A stretch of DNA of 64,000 nucleotides, taken from positions 243,972,001 through 244,036,000 of the forward strand of contig NC_086097.1 of NCBI RefSeq assembly GCF_963921235.1, read 5' to 3'. Under the pieces are notes generated by a model, which worked only from the letters and a program-made list of their open reading frames with translations, did not search any database and was not told where the DNA came from. The DNA comes from Mobula hypostoma (lineage: Eukaryota). The translations under genes and the position numbers were made by a program. Of this stretch, positions 1 to 11,587 are shown one piece after another; the first letter of the stretch is position 1; every line of letters starts with the position of its first letter.

Positions 1-1404
1 CGGACACATAACCTCATACCAGCAGCGTCACAAACTCATAAACTCATACCAGCAGCGTCACAGACACATAACCTCATACCAGCAGCGTCACAGACACGTA
101 ACCTCATACCAGCAGCGTCACAGACTCATAAACTCATACCAGCAGCGACACAGACACATAACCTCATACCAGCAGCGACACAGACACGTAACCTCATACC
201 AGCAGCGTCACAGACACGTAACCTCATACCAGCAGCGACACAGACTCATAAACTCATACCAGCAGCGTCACAGACACATAACCTCATACCAGCAGCGTCA
301 CAGACACGTAACCTCATACCAGCAGCGTCACAGACTCATAAACTCATACCAGCAGCGACACAGACACATAACCTCATACCAGCAGCGACACAGACACGTA
401 ACCTCATACCAGCAGCGTCACAGACACGTAACCTCATACCAGCAGCGACACAGACACATAACCTCATACCAGCAGCGACACAGACACGTAACCTCATACC
501 AGCAGCGTCACAGACATAACCTCATACCAGCAGCGTCACAGACACGTAACCTCATACCAGCAGCGACACAGACACATAACCTCATACCAACAGCGTCATA
601 CACACGTAACCTCGTATCAGCAGCGCCACAGGCACGTAACCTCATACCAGCATCGTTACTGGCACATAACCTCTTAACCAGCAGCGTCACAGTCACATTA
701 ACCTCATACCAGCAGCGTCACAGACACGTAACCTCATATCAGCAGTGTCACAGACACGTAACCTCATACCAGCAGCGTCACAGACACGTAACCTCTTAAC
801 CAGCAGCGTCACAGTCACATTAACCTCATACCAGCAGCGTCACAGACACGTAACCTCATACCAGCAGCGTCACAGACACGTAACCTCATATCAGCAGTGT
901 CACAGACACGTAACCTCATACCAGCAGCGTCACAGACACGTAACCTCATACCAGCAGTGTCACAGACACGTAACCTCATATCAGCAGCGTCACAGACACG
1001 TAACCTCATACCAGCAGTGTCACAGACACGTAACCTCATACCAGCAGCGTCACAGACACGTAACCTCATACCAGCAGTGTCACAGACACATTAACCTCAT
1101 ACCAGCAGTGTGACAGACACATAACCTCATACCAGCAGCGTCACAGACACATAACCTCATATCAGCAGCGACACAGACACATAATCTCATACCAGCAGTG
1201 TCACACACACGTAATCTCATACCAGTTACGTCACACACACGTAACCTCGTATCAGTAGCGCCACAGGCACATAACCTCATACCAGCATCGTTACTGGCAC
1301 ATAACCTCTTAACCAGCAGCGTCACAGTCACATTAACCTCATACCAGCAGCGTCACAGACACGTAACCTTATACCAGCAGCGACACACACATGTAATCTC
1401 ATAC

Positions 1405-1603
1405 CAACACTCACAACACGCTGGAGGAACTCTGCGGGTCGGGCAGCATCCGTGGAAAAGCTCGGTCGACCTTTGTCCTGACGAAGGGTTCCGGCCCTAA
1501 ACGTCCACCGATCTTTTCCACGGATGCTGCCCGACCTGCTGAGTTCCTCCAGCTTGTGGTAAGTGTTGCTTTGACCCCAGCATCTGCAGATTATTTTGTG
1601 TTT
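1405..1603. mobile_element. Penelope-like inverted pLTR hairpin, copy 1 within the satellite
   Basis: Arms 1405-1470 and 1503-1568 are near reverse complements. GCTGGAGGAACTC...GGCAGCATC matches the ends of GIY-YIG-bearing fragments elsewhere in the window. The loop holds a degenerate hammerhead core (CTGACGA...TAAAC GTC). Confidence 0.8.
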
Positions 1604-3355
1604 ATAATCTCATGCCAGCAGCATCACAGAGACATAACCTTATACCAGCAGCGTCACAGACACATAACCTCATACCAGCAGCATCACAGACATAACCTCA
1701 TACAAACAACGTCACAGACATGTAACCTCGTACCAGCAGCGTCACAGACACATAACCACATACCAGCAGCGTCACAGACACGTAACCACATACAAACAAC
1801 GTCACAGACACGTAACCTCATACCAGCAGCGTCACAGACACATAACCTCATACCAGCAGCGTCACAGACACATAACCACATACAAACAACGTCACAGACA
1901 TGTAACCTCGTACCAGCAGCGACACAGACACATAACCTCATATCAGCAGCATTACAGACACATAACCTCATACCAGCAGCATTACAGACATAACCTCATA
2001 CAAACAACGTCACAGACATATAACCTCGTACCAGCAGTGACACAGACACATAACCTCATAACAGCAGTGTCACACACACGTGACCTTATACAAACAGCGT
2101 CACAGGCACATAACCTCATACCAGCAGCGTCACAGACATATAATCTCATACCAGCAGCGTCACTGACACATAACCTCATACCAGCAGCATCACAGACACA
2201 TAACCTCATACCAGCAGCGTCACAGACACATAACCTCATACCAGCAGCGTCACAGACACATAACCTCATACCAGCAGCATCACAGACACATAACCTCATA
2301 CCAGCAGCATCACAGACACATAACCTCATGCCTGCATCGTCACAGAAAACATAACCTCATACAGATAGCATCACAGACACATAACCGCTTAGAAGCAGTG
2401 TCACAGACACATAACCTCATACCAGCAGTGTCACAGACACATAACCTCATACCAGCAGTGTCACAGACACATAACCTCATATCAGCAGTGTCACACACAC
2501 GTGACCTCATACAAACAGCGTCACAGGCACATAACCTCATACCAGCAGCGTCACAGACACATAATCTCATACCAGCAGCATCACAGACACATAACCTAAT
2601 ACCAGCATCGTTACAGTCAGATAATCTCATACCAGCAATGTCACAGACACACAATCTCATACCAGCAGCGTCACACACTCGTAACCTCGTACCAGCAACA
2701 TCACAGACACATAACCTCATACCAGCAGCGTCACACGCAAATAACCTAATATCAGCAGCGTCACAGGCACGTAACCTTATAGAAACAGCATCACAGGCAC
2801 ATAACCTCATACCAGCAGCGTCACACACACGTAATCTCATACCAGTTACGTCACACACACGTAACCTCGTATCAGCAGCGCCACAGGCACATAACCTCAT
2901 ACCAGCATCGTTACTGGCACATAACCTCTTAACCAGCAGCGTCACAGTCACATTAACCTCATACCAGCAGCGTCACCACACGTAACCTCATACCAGCAGC
3001 GTCACACACACGTAACCTCATACCAGCAGCGTCACACACACGTAATCTCATACCAGCAGCATCACAGGCACGTAACCTCATACCAGCAGCGTCACAGACA
3101 CGTAATCTCATACCAGCAGCGTCACACACACGTAATCTCATACCAGCAGCGTAACAGACACATAATCTCATACCAGCAGCGTCACAGACACGTAATCTCA
3201 TACCAGCAGCGTCACAGACAAAATAACCTCATTTTCTGCAGCGTCACAGGCACGTAACCTCATACCAGCAGCGTCACAGACACGTAATCTCATACCAGCA
3301 GCGTCACAGACACGTAACCTCATACCAGCAGCATCACACACACATAATCTCATAC

Positions 3356-3554
3356 CAACACTCACAACAAGCTGGAGGAACTCTGCGGGTCGGGCAGCAT
3401 CCGTGGAAAAGATCAGTCGACCTTTGTCCTGACGAAGGGTTCCGGCCCTAAACGTCCACCGATCTTTTCCACGGATGCTGCCCGACCTGCTGAGTTCCTC
3501 CAGCTTGTTGTAAGTGTTGCTTTGACCCCAGCTTCTGCAGATTATTTTGTGTTT
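3356..3554. mobile_element. Penelope-like inverted pLTR hairpin, copy 2
   Basis: Near-identical to 1405-1603, at the same position in the satellite unit. Confidence 0.8.
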
Positions 3555-4063
3555 ATAATCTCATGCCAGCAGCATCACAGAGACCAGCAGTGTCACAGAC
3601 AGCTAACCTCTTACCAGCAGCGTCACAGACACATAACCTCATACCAGCAGCGTCACGGACACATAACCTCATACAAAGAACGTCACAGACATGTAACCTC
3701 GTACCAGCAGCGACACAGACTGTAACCTCATACCAGCAGCGTTACAGACTCGTAACCTCATACCAGCAGCGTCACAGACTCATAACCTCATACCAGCAGC
3801 GTCATAGACACGTAATCTCATACCAGCAGCGTCACAGACACGTAACCTCATACCAGCAGCGTCACAGGCACGTAACCTCGTATCAGCAGCGCCACACACA
3901 CATAACCTCATACCAGCAGCGTCACAGACTCATAACCTCATACCAGCAGCGTCACAGACACGTAATCTCATACCAGCAGCGTCACACACACGTAACCTCG
4001 TATCAGCAGTGTCACAGACACATAACCTCATATCAGCAGCGCCACACACACGTAATCTCATAC

Positions 4064-4262
4064 CAACACTCACAACAAGCTGGAGGAACTCTGCGGGTCG
4101 GGCAGCATCCGTGGAAAAGATCAGTCGACCTTTGTCCTGACGAAGGGTTCCGGCCCTAAACGTCCACCGATCTTTTCCACAGATGCTGCCCGACCTGCTG
4201 AGTTCCTCCAGCTTGTTGTAAGTGTTGCTTTGACCCCAGCATCTGCAGATTATTTTGTGTTT
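4064..4262. mobile_element. Penelope-like inverted pLTR hairpin, copy 3
   Basis: Near-identical to 3356-3554. Confidence 0.8.
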
Positions 4263-5534
4263 ATAATCTCATGCCAGCAGCATCACAGAGACATAACCTT
4301 ATACCAGCAGCGTCACCGACACATAACCTCATACCAGCAGCGTCACAGACACGTAACCTCATACCAGCAGCGTCACAGACACGTAACCTCATTCCAGTAG
4401 CGTCACAGACACATAACCTCATACCAGCAGCATCACAGACATAACCTCATACAAACAACGTCACAGACATGTAACCTCGTACCAGCAGCGACACAGACAC
4501 ATAACCTCATATCAGCAGTGTCACAGACACGTAACCTCATACCAGCAGCATCACAGACACATAACCTCATACCAGCAGCGTCACAGACATGTAATCTCAT
4601 ACCAGCAGCGTAACAGACACATAACCTCATACCAGCAGCGTCATAGACACATAACCTCATACAAGCCGCGTCACAGATACATAACCTCTTACCAGCAGCA
4701 TCACAGACACGTAACCTCATACCAGCAGCGTCACAGACACATAACCTCATACCAGCAGCGTCACAGATACATAACCTCTTACCAGCAGCATCACAGACAC
4801 ATAACCTCATACCAGCAGCGTCATAGACATGTAACCTCATACCAGCAGCATCACAGACACGTAATCTCATACCAGCAGCGTAACAGACACATAACCTCTT
4901 ACCAGCAGCATCACAGACATGTAACCTCATACCAGCAGCGTCATAGACACATAACCTCATACAAGCCGCGTCACAGATACATAACCTCTTACCAGCAGCA
5001 TCACAGACACATAACCTCATACCAGCAGCGTCATAGACACATAACCTCATACAAGCCGCGTCACAGATACATAACCTCTTACCAGCAGCATCACAGACAC
5101 GTAACCTCATACCAGCAGCGTCACAGACACATAACCTCATACCAGCAGCGTCACAGATACATAACCTCTTACCAGCAGCATCACAGACACATAACCTCAT
5201 ACCAGCAGCGTCATAGACACGTAACCTCATTGAGCAGTATCTGTTGCTGAACCTGGTCGTGTGAGCTTTCAGGCCTCAGTTCCTCCTGCCCTGATGGTAG
5301 CTACAAGACGATGGCACGGCCCAGACAGTGGGGACCTTTGATATTGGGACAGCACCTCCTGTACATGCTACTCATGTTCCAGAGAAATGTATCTACTCTG
5401 CAATTGTTACATTCCTGCGTCCTAGGCCAAAGGGTCTGTTCCTCCTCCTTCTAAATATCAACATTCCCTTTTTTAACACCAGCATACTCTTCCTTGTTCT
5501 CAATATCATCCATGTACAATAAATCATAAGGTAG

Positions 5535-5860
5535 TGGAGTGCCTAGCACAATTGTGTTACAGCACCAGCAATCGCCGATTGAGGTTTGATTCCCACCACT
5601 GTCTGTAAAGAGTTTGTATGATTTCTCCACCCCCCCCCACCCCAACGTGACCACTTGGGGTTTCCTCTGGGTGATCTGGTTTCCTCGCACATTCCAAAGT
5701 CGTACGAGTCAGGGTTAGTGAGTTGTGGCCATCCTGTTTTGGTGCTGGAAGCTTGGTGACTTTTGTCAGTGCCCCTGAACATCCTTAGACTAGGCTGGTC
5801 ATTGGTGCAAAATGCTGCGTTTCACTCGATGTCTCAATGGACATGTGATGAATGAAGCTA
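5535..5860 (+). mobile_element. Decayed tRNA-derived SINE (HE1/V-SINE-like)
   Basis: B-box-like GGTTTGATTCC followed by GTAAAGAGTTTGTATG...GGGTTTCCTCTGGGTG...GGTTTCCTC, a core repeated many times in the window. Confidence 0.6.
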
Positions 5861-5861
5861 A

Positions 5862-5920
5862 TCCAGCCTCCCTGATCCCGACCTCCAGCCTCCCTGATCC
5901 CGACCTCCAGCCTCCCTGAT
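5862..5920. repeat. 22-bp tandem repeat (about 2.7 copies) at the CR1 5' junction
   Basis: TCCAGCCTCCCTGATCCCGACC starts at 5862, 5884 and 5906. Confidence 0.9.
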
Positions 5921-8900
5921 GGCCACATCTGCACCATGTGCACCGAGATGCAGCTCCTCAGAGACCGTGTTAGGGATCTGGAGCTGCAGCTTGATGACCT
6001 ACTGCTTATCAGGGAAAGTGAAGAGGTGATAGACAGGAGCTACAGGGAGGTAGTCATCCCTAGGCTACAGGAGTCAGAACACTGGGTCACTGTCAAGAGA
6101 GGGAAGGGAAATGCCCGGATAGTGGAGAGCACACCTGCGGCTGTCCCCCTCAGCAACAAATATCTTGTTCTGGATGCTGTTGAGGGGGATGACCTAACAG
6201 GGGACGCCCACGGTGAACGGGTCTCTGGCACTGAGCCTGGCGCTGTTGTACAGGAGAGGAGGAGGGAGAAGAGAAATGCGGTAGTCGTGGGGGATTCCAT
6301 AGTCAGGGGAACAGACAGGAGATTCTGTGAGCCTGACAGTGATACCGGCATGGTGTGTTGCCTCCCAGGTGCCAGGGTACGGGATGTCTCGGATCGGGTC
6401 CTGAATATTCTAAAGGGGGAGGGTGAGCAGCCAGTTGTCTTGGTACATGTTGGTACCAATGACATAGATAGGACAAAGGAGGAGGTCCTGAAGAGAGATT
6501 TCCAGGAGTTGGGAAGGAAGCTGAGAAGCAGGACCTCCAGGGTAGTAATCTTGGGATTGCTACCTGTGCCACGTGCTAGCAAGGGCAAGAATAGTAGGAC
6601 CAGGCAGATGAATGCGTGGCTGAGAGACTGGTGTAGGGGGCAGGGCTTCAGATTCTTGGATAATTGGGATCTCTTCTGGGGGAAGTATGACCTGTTCGAA
6701 AAGGACAGGTTACACCCGAACCCGAAGGAGGGAGGGTTTAAACTAATTTGGCAGGGGGATGGGAACCGGAATGACAGAGCAGAGGAAGGGGAAAACAGAA
6801 ATAAATCTAAGATAGTGAGCAGTAAAGATGTCAGGAAAGACAGGCAGGTGATGGGGCAAATTTGTAGCCATTGGGATGAGTTGCAGTGCAATAAAGTTCC
6901 AGTGAAATCAGAGCGAAAAATATCAAATACTGGTCTTAAGGTGCTGTACTTAAATGCACGCAGCATAAGGAATAAGGTGGATGATCTTGTTGTACAGCGA
7001 CAGATTGGCAGGTATGATATCGTGGCCATCACTGAGACCTGGCTAAAGGATGCATATCTCTGGGAGCTGAACGTCCAAGGATACACGGTGTATCGGAAGG
7101 ATAGGAAGGTAGGCAGAGGGGGAGGCGTGGCTTTATTGGTAAGAAATGATAATAAATCATTAGAAAGAGGTGATATAGGATCGGAAGGTGCAGAATCTTT
7201 ATGGGTTGAGCTAAGAAATAGCAGGGGTAAAAGGACCCTGATGGCAGTTATTTATAGGCCTCCAAACAGCTGCAGGGATGTGGACTACAAATTACAACTG
7301 GAAATAGAAAAGGCTTGTCAGAAGGGCAGTGTTATGATAATTGTGGGGGATTTTAACATGCGAGTGGATTGGGAAAATCAGGTCGGCACTGGATCTCAAG
7401 AGAGAGAATTTGTAGAATGTCTGTGAGATGGCTTTTTAGAACAGCTTGTTGCTGAGCCCACGAGGGGATCGGCTGTACTGGATTGGGTATTGTGTAATGA
7501 ACCGGAGGTGATTGGAGAGATTGAGGTGAAGGAACCCTTAGGAGGCAGTGATCATAACATGACTGAGTTCACTGTGAAATTAGAAAAAGAGAAGCCGAAA
7601 TCCAATGTGTCGGTATTTCAGTGGAGTAAAGGAAATTACAGTGGCATGAGAGAGGAACTGGCCAAAGTTGACTGGAAAGGGACACTGGCGGGAAAGACAG
7701 CAGAAACAACAGTGGCTGGAATTTATGCGAGAAATGAGGAAGGTGCAAGACAGGTGTATTCCAAAAAAGAAGAAATTTTCGAGTGGAAGAAGGATGCAAA
7801 CGTGGCTAACAAGAGAGGTTAAAGCAAAGGAGAGGGCATACAAGGAAGCAAAAATTAGTGGAAAGACAGAGGATTGGGAAGTTTTTAAAAGCTTACAAAA
7901 GGAAACCAAGAAGGTCATTAAGAGGGAAAAGATTAACTATGAAAGGAAGCTAGCAAATAATATCAAAGAGGATACTAAAAACTTTTTCAAGTATATAAGG
8001 AGTAAAAGACAGGTGAGAGTAGATATAGAACCGGTAAAAAATGATGCTGGAGAAATTGTAATGGGAGATAAGGAGATGGCAAAGGAACTGAACGAGTATT
8101 TTGCATCAGTCTTCACTGAGGAAGATATCAGCAGTATACCGGACACTCAAGGGTGGCAGGGAAGAGAAGTGTGCACAGTCACAATTTCGACAGAGAAAGT
8201 ACTCAGGAAGCTGAATAGTCTAAAGGTAGATAAATCTCCTGGACCAGATGGAATGCACCCTCGTGTTCTGAAGGAAGTAGCTGTGGAGATTGTGGAGGCA
8301 TTAGCGATGATCTTTCAAAAGTCGATAGATTCTGGCATGGTGCCGGAGGACTGAAAGATTGCAAATGTCACTCCGCTATTTAAGAAGGGGGCAAGGAAGC
8401 AAAATGGAAATTACAGACCTGTTAGCTTGACATCGGTGGTTGGGAAGTTGTTGGAGTCGATTGTCAAGGATGAGGTTACAGAGCACCTGGAGGCATATGA
8501 CAAGATAGGCAGAACTCAGCATGGATTCCTTAAAGGAAAATCCTGCCTGACAAACCTATTACAATTTTTTGAGGAAATTACCAGTAGGCTAGACAAGGGA
8601 GATGCAGTGGATGTTATATATTTGGATTTTCAGAAGGCCTTTGACAAGGTGCCACACATGAGGCTACTTAACAAGATAAGAGCCCATGGAATTACGGGAA
8701 AGTTACATACCTGGATAAAGCATTGGCTGATTGGCAGGAAACAGAGAGTGGGAATAAAGGGATCCTATTCTGGTTGGCTGCCGGTCACCAGTGGTGTTCC
8801 GCAGGGATCAGTGTTGGGGCCGCTTCTTTTTACATTGTACATCAACGATTTGGATTATGGAATAGATGGCTTTGTGGCTAAGTTTGCTGACGATATGAAG

Positions 8901-9818
8901 ATAGGTGGAGGGGCCGGTAGTGCTGAGGAAATGGAGAGTCTGCAGAGAGACTTGGATAGATTGGAAGAATGGGCAAAGAAGTGGCAAATGAAGTACAATG
9001 TTGGAAAGTGTATGATTATGCACTTGGCAGAATAAATAAACGGGCAGACTATTATTTAAATGGGGAAAGAATTCAAAGTTCTGAGATGCAACGGGACTTG
9101 GGAGTCCTCGTACAGGATACCCTTAAAGTTAACCTCCAGGTTGAGTCAGTAGTGAAGAAGGCGAATGCAATGTTGGCATTCATTTCTAGAGGAATAGAGT
9201 ATAGGAGCAGGGATGTGATGTTGAGGCTCTATAAGGCACTGGTGAGACCTCACTTGGAGTACTGTGGGCAGTTTTGGTCTCCTTATTTAAGAAAGGATGT
9301 GCTGACGTTGGAGAGGGTACAGAGAAGATTCACTAGAATGATTCCGGAAATGAGAGGGTTAACATATGAGGAACGTTTGTCCGCTCTTGGACTGTATTCC
9401 TTGGAGTTTAGAAGAATGAGGGGGGACCTCATAGAAACATTTCGAATGTTAAAAGGCATGGACAGAGTGGATGTGGCAAAGTTGTTTCCCATGATGGGGG
9501 AGTCTAGTACGAGAGGGCATGACTTAAGGATTGAAGGGCGCCCATTCAGAACAGAAATGCGAAGAAATTTTTTTAGTCAGAGTGTGGTGAATCTATGGAA
9601 TTTGTTGCCACAAGCAGCAGTGGAGGCCAAGTCATTGGGTGTATTTAAGGCAGAGATTGATAGGTATCTGAGTAGCCAGGGCATCAAAGGTTATGGTGAG
9701 AAGGTGGGGGAGTGGGACTAAATGGGAGAATGGATCAGCTCATGATAAAATGGCAGAGCAGACTCAATGGGCCAAATGGCCGACTTCTGCTCCTTTGTCT
9801 TATGGTCTTATGGTCTTA
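5906..9818 (+). mobile_element. CR1-clade LINE, near full-length, 5'-truncated in ORF1, inactivated
   Basis: ORF1 has SGNH esterase motifs (VVGDSIV, LPGA, HVGTND, DRLHPN). ORF2 has APE motifs (YLNARS, ITETW, GDFN, SDHN) and RT motifs (YLDFQKAFDKVPH, VPQGSVLGP, FADD). The 3' tail is (TATGGTCT)n. Stops at 7424 and 8352 plus frameshifts. Confidence 0.97.
5936..7426 (+). pseudogene. CR1 ORF1 (esterase) fused in frame to the ORF2 endonuclease N-terminus, 496 aa
   Basis: The ORF track shows esterase motifs then APE motifs in one frame. Comparison with the 46.9-kb copy shows about 38 nt missing just before the ORF1 stop. Confidence 0.85.
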
Positions 9819-9911
9819 ACTCAAATTACCTCATTTGTCCTTGAGTGGACCGACCATATCCCTGTAGCTACCCTTTTGCTCCTAATATACTTGTAAAATG
9901 CCTCTCTTTAA

Positions 9912-10419
9912 TGTAGCCTGGGGAAAAGTACACACTCAGGACAACAAATACTTTCTCGGGTTTTAATTCCTTTATGTGTTTTAGATGTTTAAGTGCTGGA
10001 AGAGGGTCGCAAAACAAAACAAACGATTTTACAACCAGGTCTTGCCGATACAATCCCAGTTTAACTTTCGATCCACACCCTCGTGTGTGGACAGAATTGC
10101 GTATGCAGTATAAAAATACAGAACTAATATGGTTCTAATATGGTAATGGCAATCCTTTCCTCACCATGTCCAGTCTCGGGGAGGAACTCAATTCCAACGC
10201 CCCACCAGCGTCTTCAGCAGAAACAAAATGGTTTTCCCACTATCCCGCACGTGCGTAATAGTCATAGTCATACTTTATTGATCACGGGGAAAGTTGGTTA
10301 TTTGGTATGACATCACCATCTCCCTTAAAGGCGCGACAACTATTCTAGCATTACCCACGATGGATGTCTAAGTACACTTCTAACGATACTGAATAAGATC
10401 CGACGGTCAGCCGGTTACA
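9912..10419. mobile_element. Solo LTR (Gypsy-like)
   Basis: TGTAGCC...GGTTACA inverted termini with 4-bp TSD TTAA (9908-9911 / 10420-10423). Contains a short Rex1 tail insert near 10258-10300. Confidence 0.7.
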
Positions 10420-10489
10420 TTAATCCTATTTGGGAAGGGTATTCTGTGCCCCCTCCAAACTTTTGTTTACGTTCTGACCTGCTTCCTTT

Positions 10490-10780
10490 ACATGTGTTTA
10501 TTTATATATTTATTTAGCGATGCAGCACAGAATAGGCCCATCAGGTCCTTCGAGCACACCGTCAACAACCGCCGATCGAGCCCTAACCTAATCAGAGACA
10601 GCTTACAATGACCAATTAACCGACTAACCAGTATGTCTTTGGAATAAGGGAGGAAACCCAAGCAACCGAAGGAAACCCTCACTTTCACGCGGAAGACGTA
10701 CAGACTCCTTACCTAAGATGCCGGGACTGAGCTCCGAACTGTGGTGTCTTGAGCTGTAAAAGAGTTGCGCTAACTGCTAA
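10490..10780 (-). mobile_element. tRNA-derived SINE
   Basis: Reverse complement of the SINE core, with an (ATTT)n tail on the left. Confidence 0.7.
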
Positions 10781-10815
10781 CCAGCACTCTTCTCAAGGAC
10801 TTTAGCCAATCGCAG

Positions 10816-11422
10816 CTTCTTAAATATTTCATCCACATCACCAAAGACCTCATGTGGTTGGTACACACCAGCAGTGTGGTGGAAAAGACACAACACAGAC
10901 GGTTGAGGAAGTTTGGTATGGGCTGCCATATCCTAAGAACTTTCTACAGGGGCACAATTGAGAGCATCCTGACTGGCTGCATCACTGCCTGGTATGGGAA
11001 CTGTACCTCCCTTAATCGCAGGATTCTGCAGAGAGTGGTGCGGACAGCCTAGCGTATCTGTAGATGTGAACTTTCCACTATTCAGGACATTTACAAAGAC
11101 AGGTGTGTAAAAAGGGCCCGAAGGGTCACTGGGGACCCAAGTCATCCCAACCACAATCTATTCCAGCTGCTACCATCCGGGAAATGGTACTGCAGCATAA
11201 AAGCCAGGACAAACAGTGTCCGGGACAGCTTCTTCCACCAGGCCATCAGACTGATTAACTCACGCTGATTTGAGTGTATTCTATGTTACTCTGGCTGTTC
11301 TATTTATTATAAATTATTATGATTGCATATTGCACATTTAGACAGAGACGTAACATAATGATTTTTACTCCTCATGTATGTGAAGGATGTAAGAAATAAA
11401 GTCAATTTAGTTCAATTCAATT
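10816..11422 (+). mobile_element. Rex1/Babar LINE 3' fragment
   Basis: RT C-terminal peptide [24 protein letters not shown], then AATAAA and a (TTCAA)n tail. Confidence 0.88.
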
Positions 11423-11587
11423 TCACTAACAATCTCTTGCTATCCATTCATAGGAACACTCTGGCCATGAGCTCTTATTGGCAAGCTTTTAAAAGATGAC
11501 CTCATGAAAGATGTGGATTTTCCCTTAGTGTATACAGCACTGTGCGAAACTTGTAGGCACACATATAAAGCTCGGGCGTCTAAGACT

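Larger units (their letters stand above)
1..5230. repeat. 30-bp minisatellite/satellite array, consensus CAGACAC(A/G)TAACCTCATACCAGCAGCGTCA, truncated by window start
   Basis: Seen directly: head-to-tail 30-bp units with variant blocks. The 10-codon period explains the repetitive ORFs in the track. Confidence 0.98.

Noticed and set aside
1478..1505. Active hammerhead in the satellite inserts
   Set aside because: GAAA is mutated to TAAA and stem I pairing is lost, so it is reported only as degenerate.
508..5230. Long repetitive ORFs (MRLCVCDAAG, SQTHNLIPAA, YQQRHRHVTS repeats) as antifreeze-, mucin- or metal-binding-like proteins
   Set aside because: They follow automatically from a 30-bp unit, occur in several frames on both strands, and are broken by 28- and 31-bp units. 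No splice or promoter context.
1..5230. CRISPR array
   Set aside because: Units are contiguous with no unique spacers, there are no cas genes, and the context is eukaryotic.
1..5230. Telomeric repeat (TAACCT resembles TAACCC)
   Set aside because: Only one hexamer per 30-bp unit and no (TTAGGG)n run.
6040..7086. 348-aa antisense ORF over CR1
   Set aside because: Shadow frame of a coding region with no recognisable motifs. I did not see it preserved at length in the 46-kb homologue.
8427..9035. Stand-alone RT as a retron, DGR or domesticated gene
   Set aside because: It is collinear with the endonuclease and CR1 tail, interrupted by stops and frameshifts, and multi-copy in the window.
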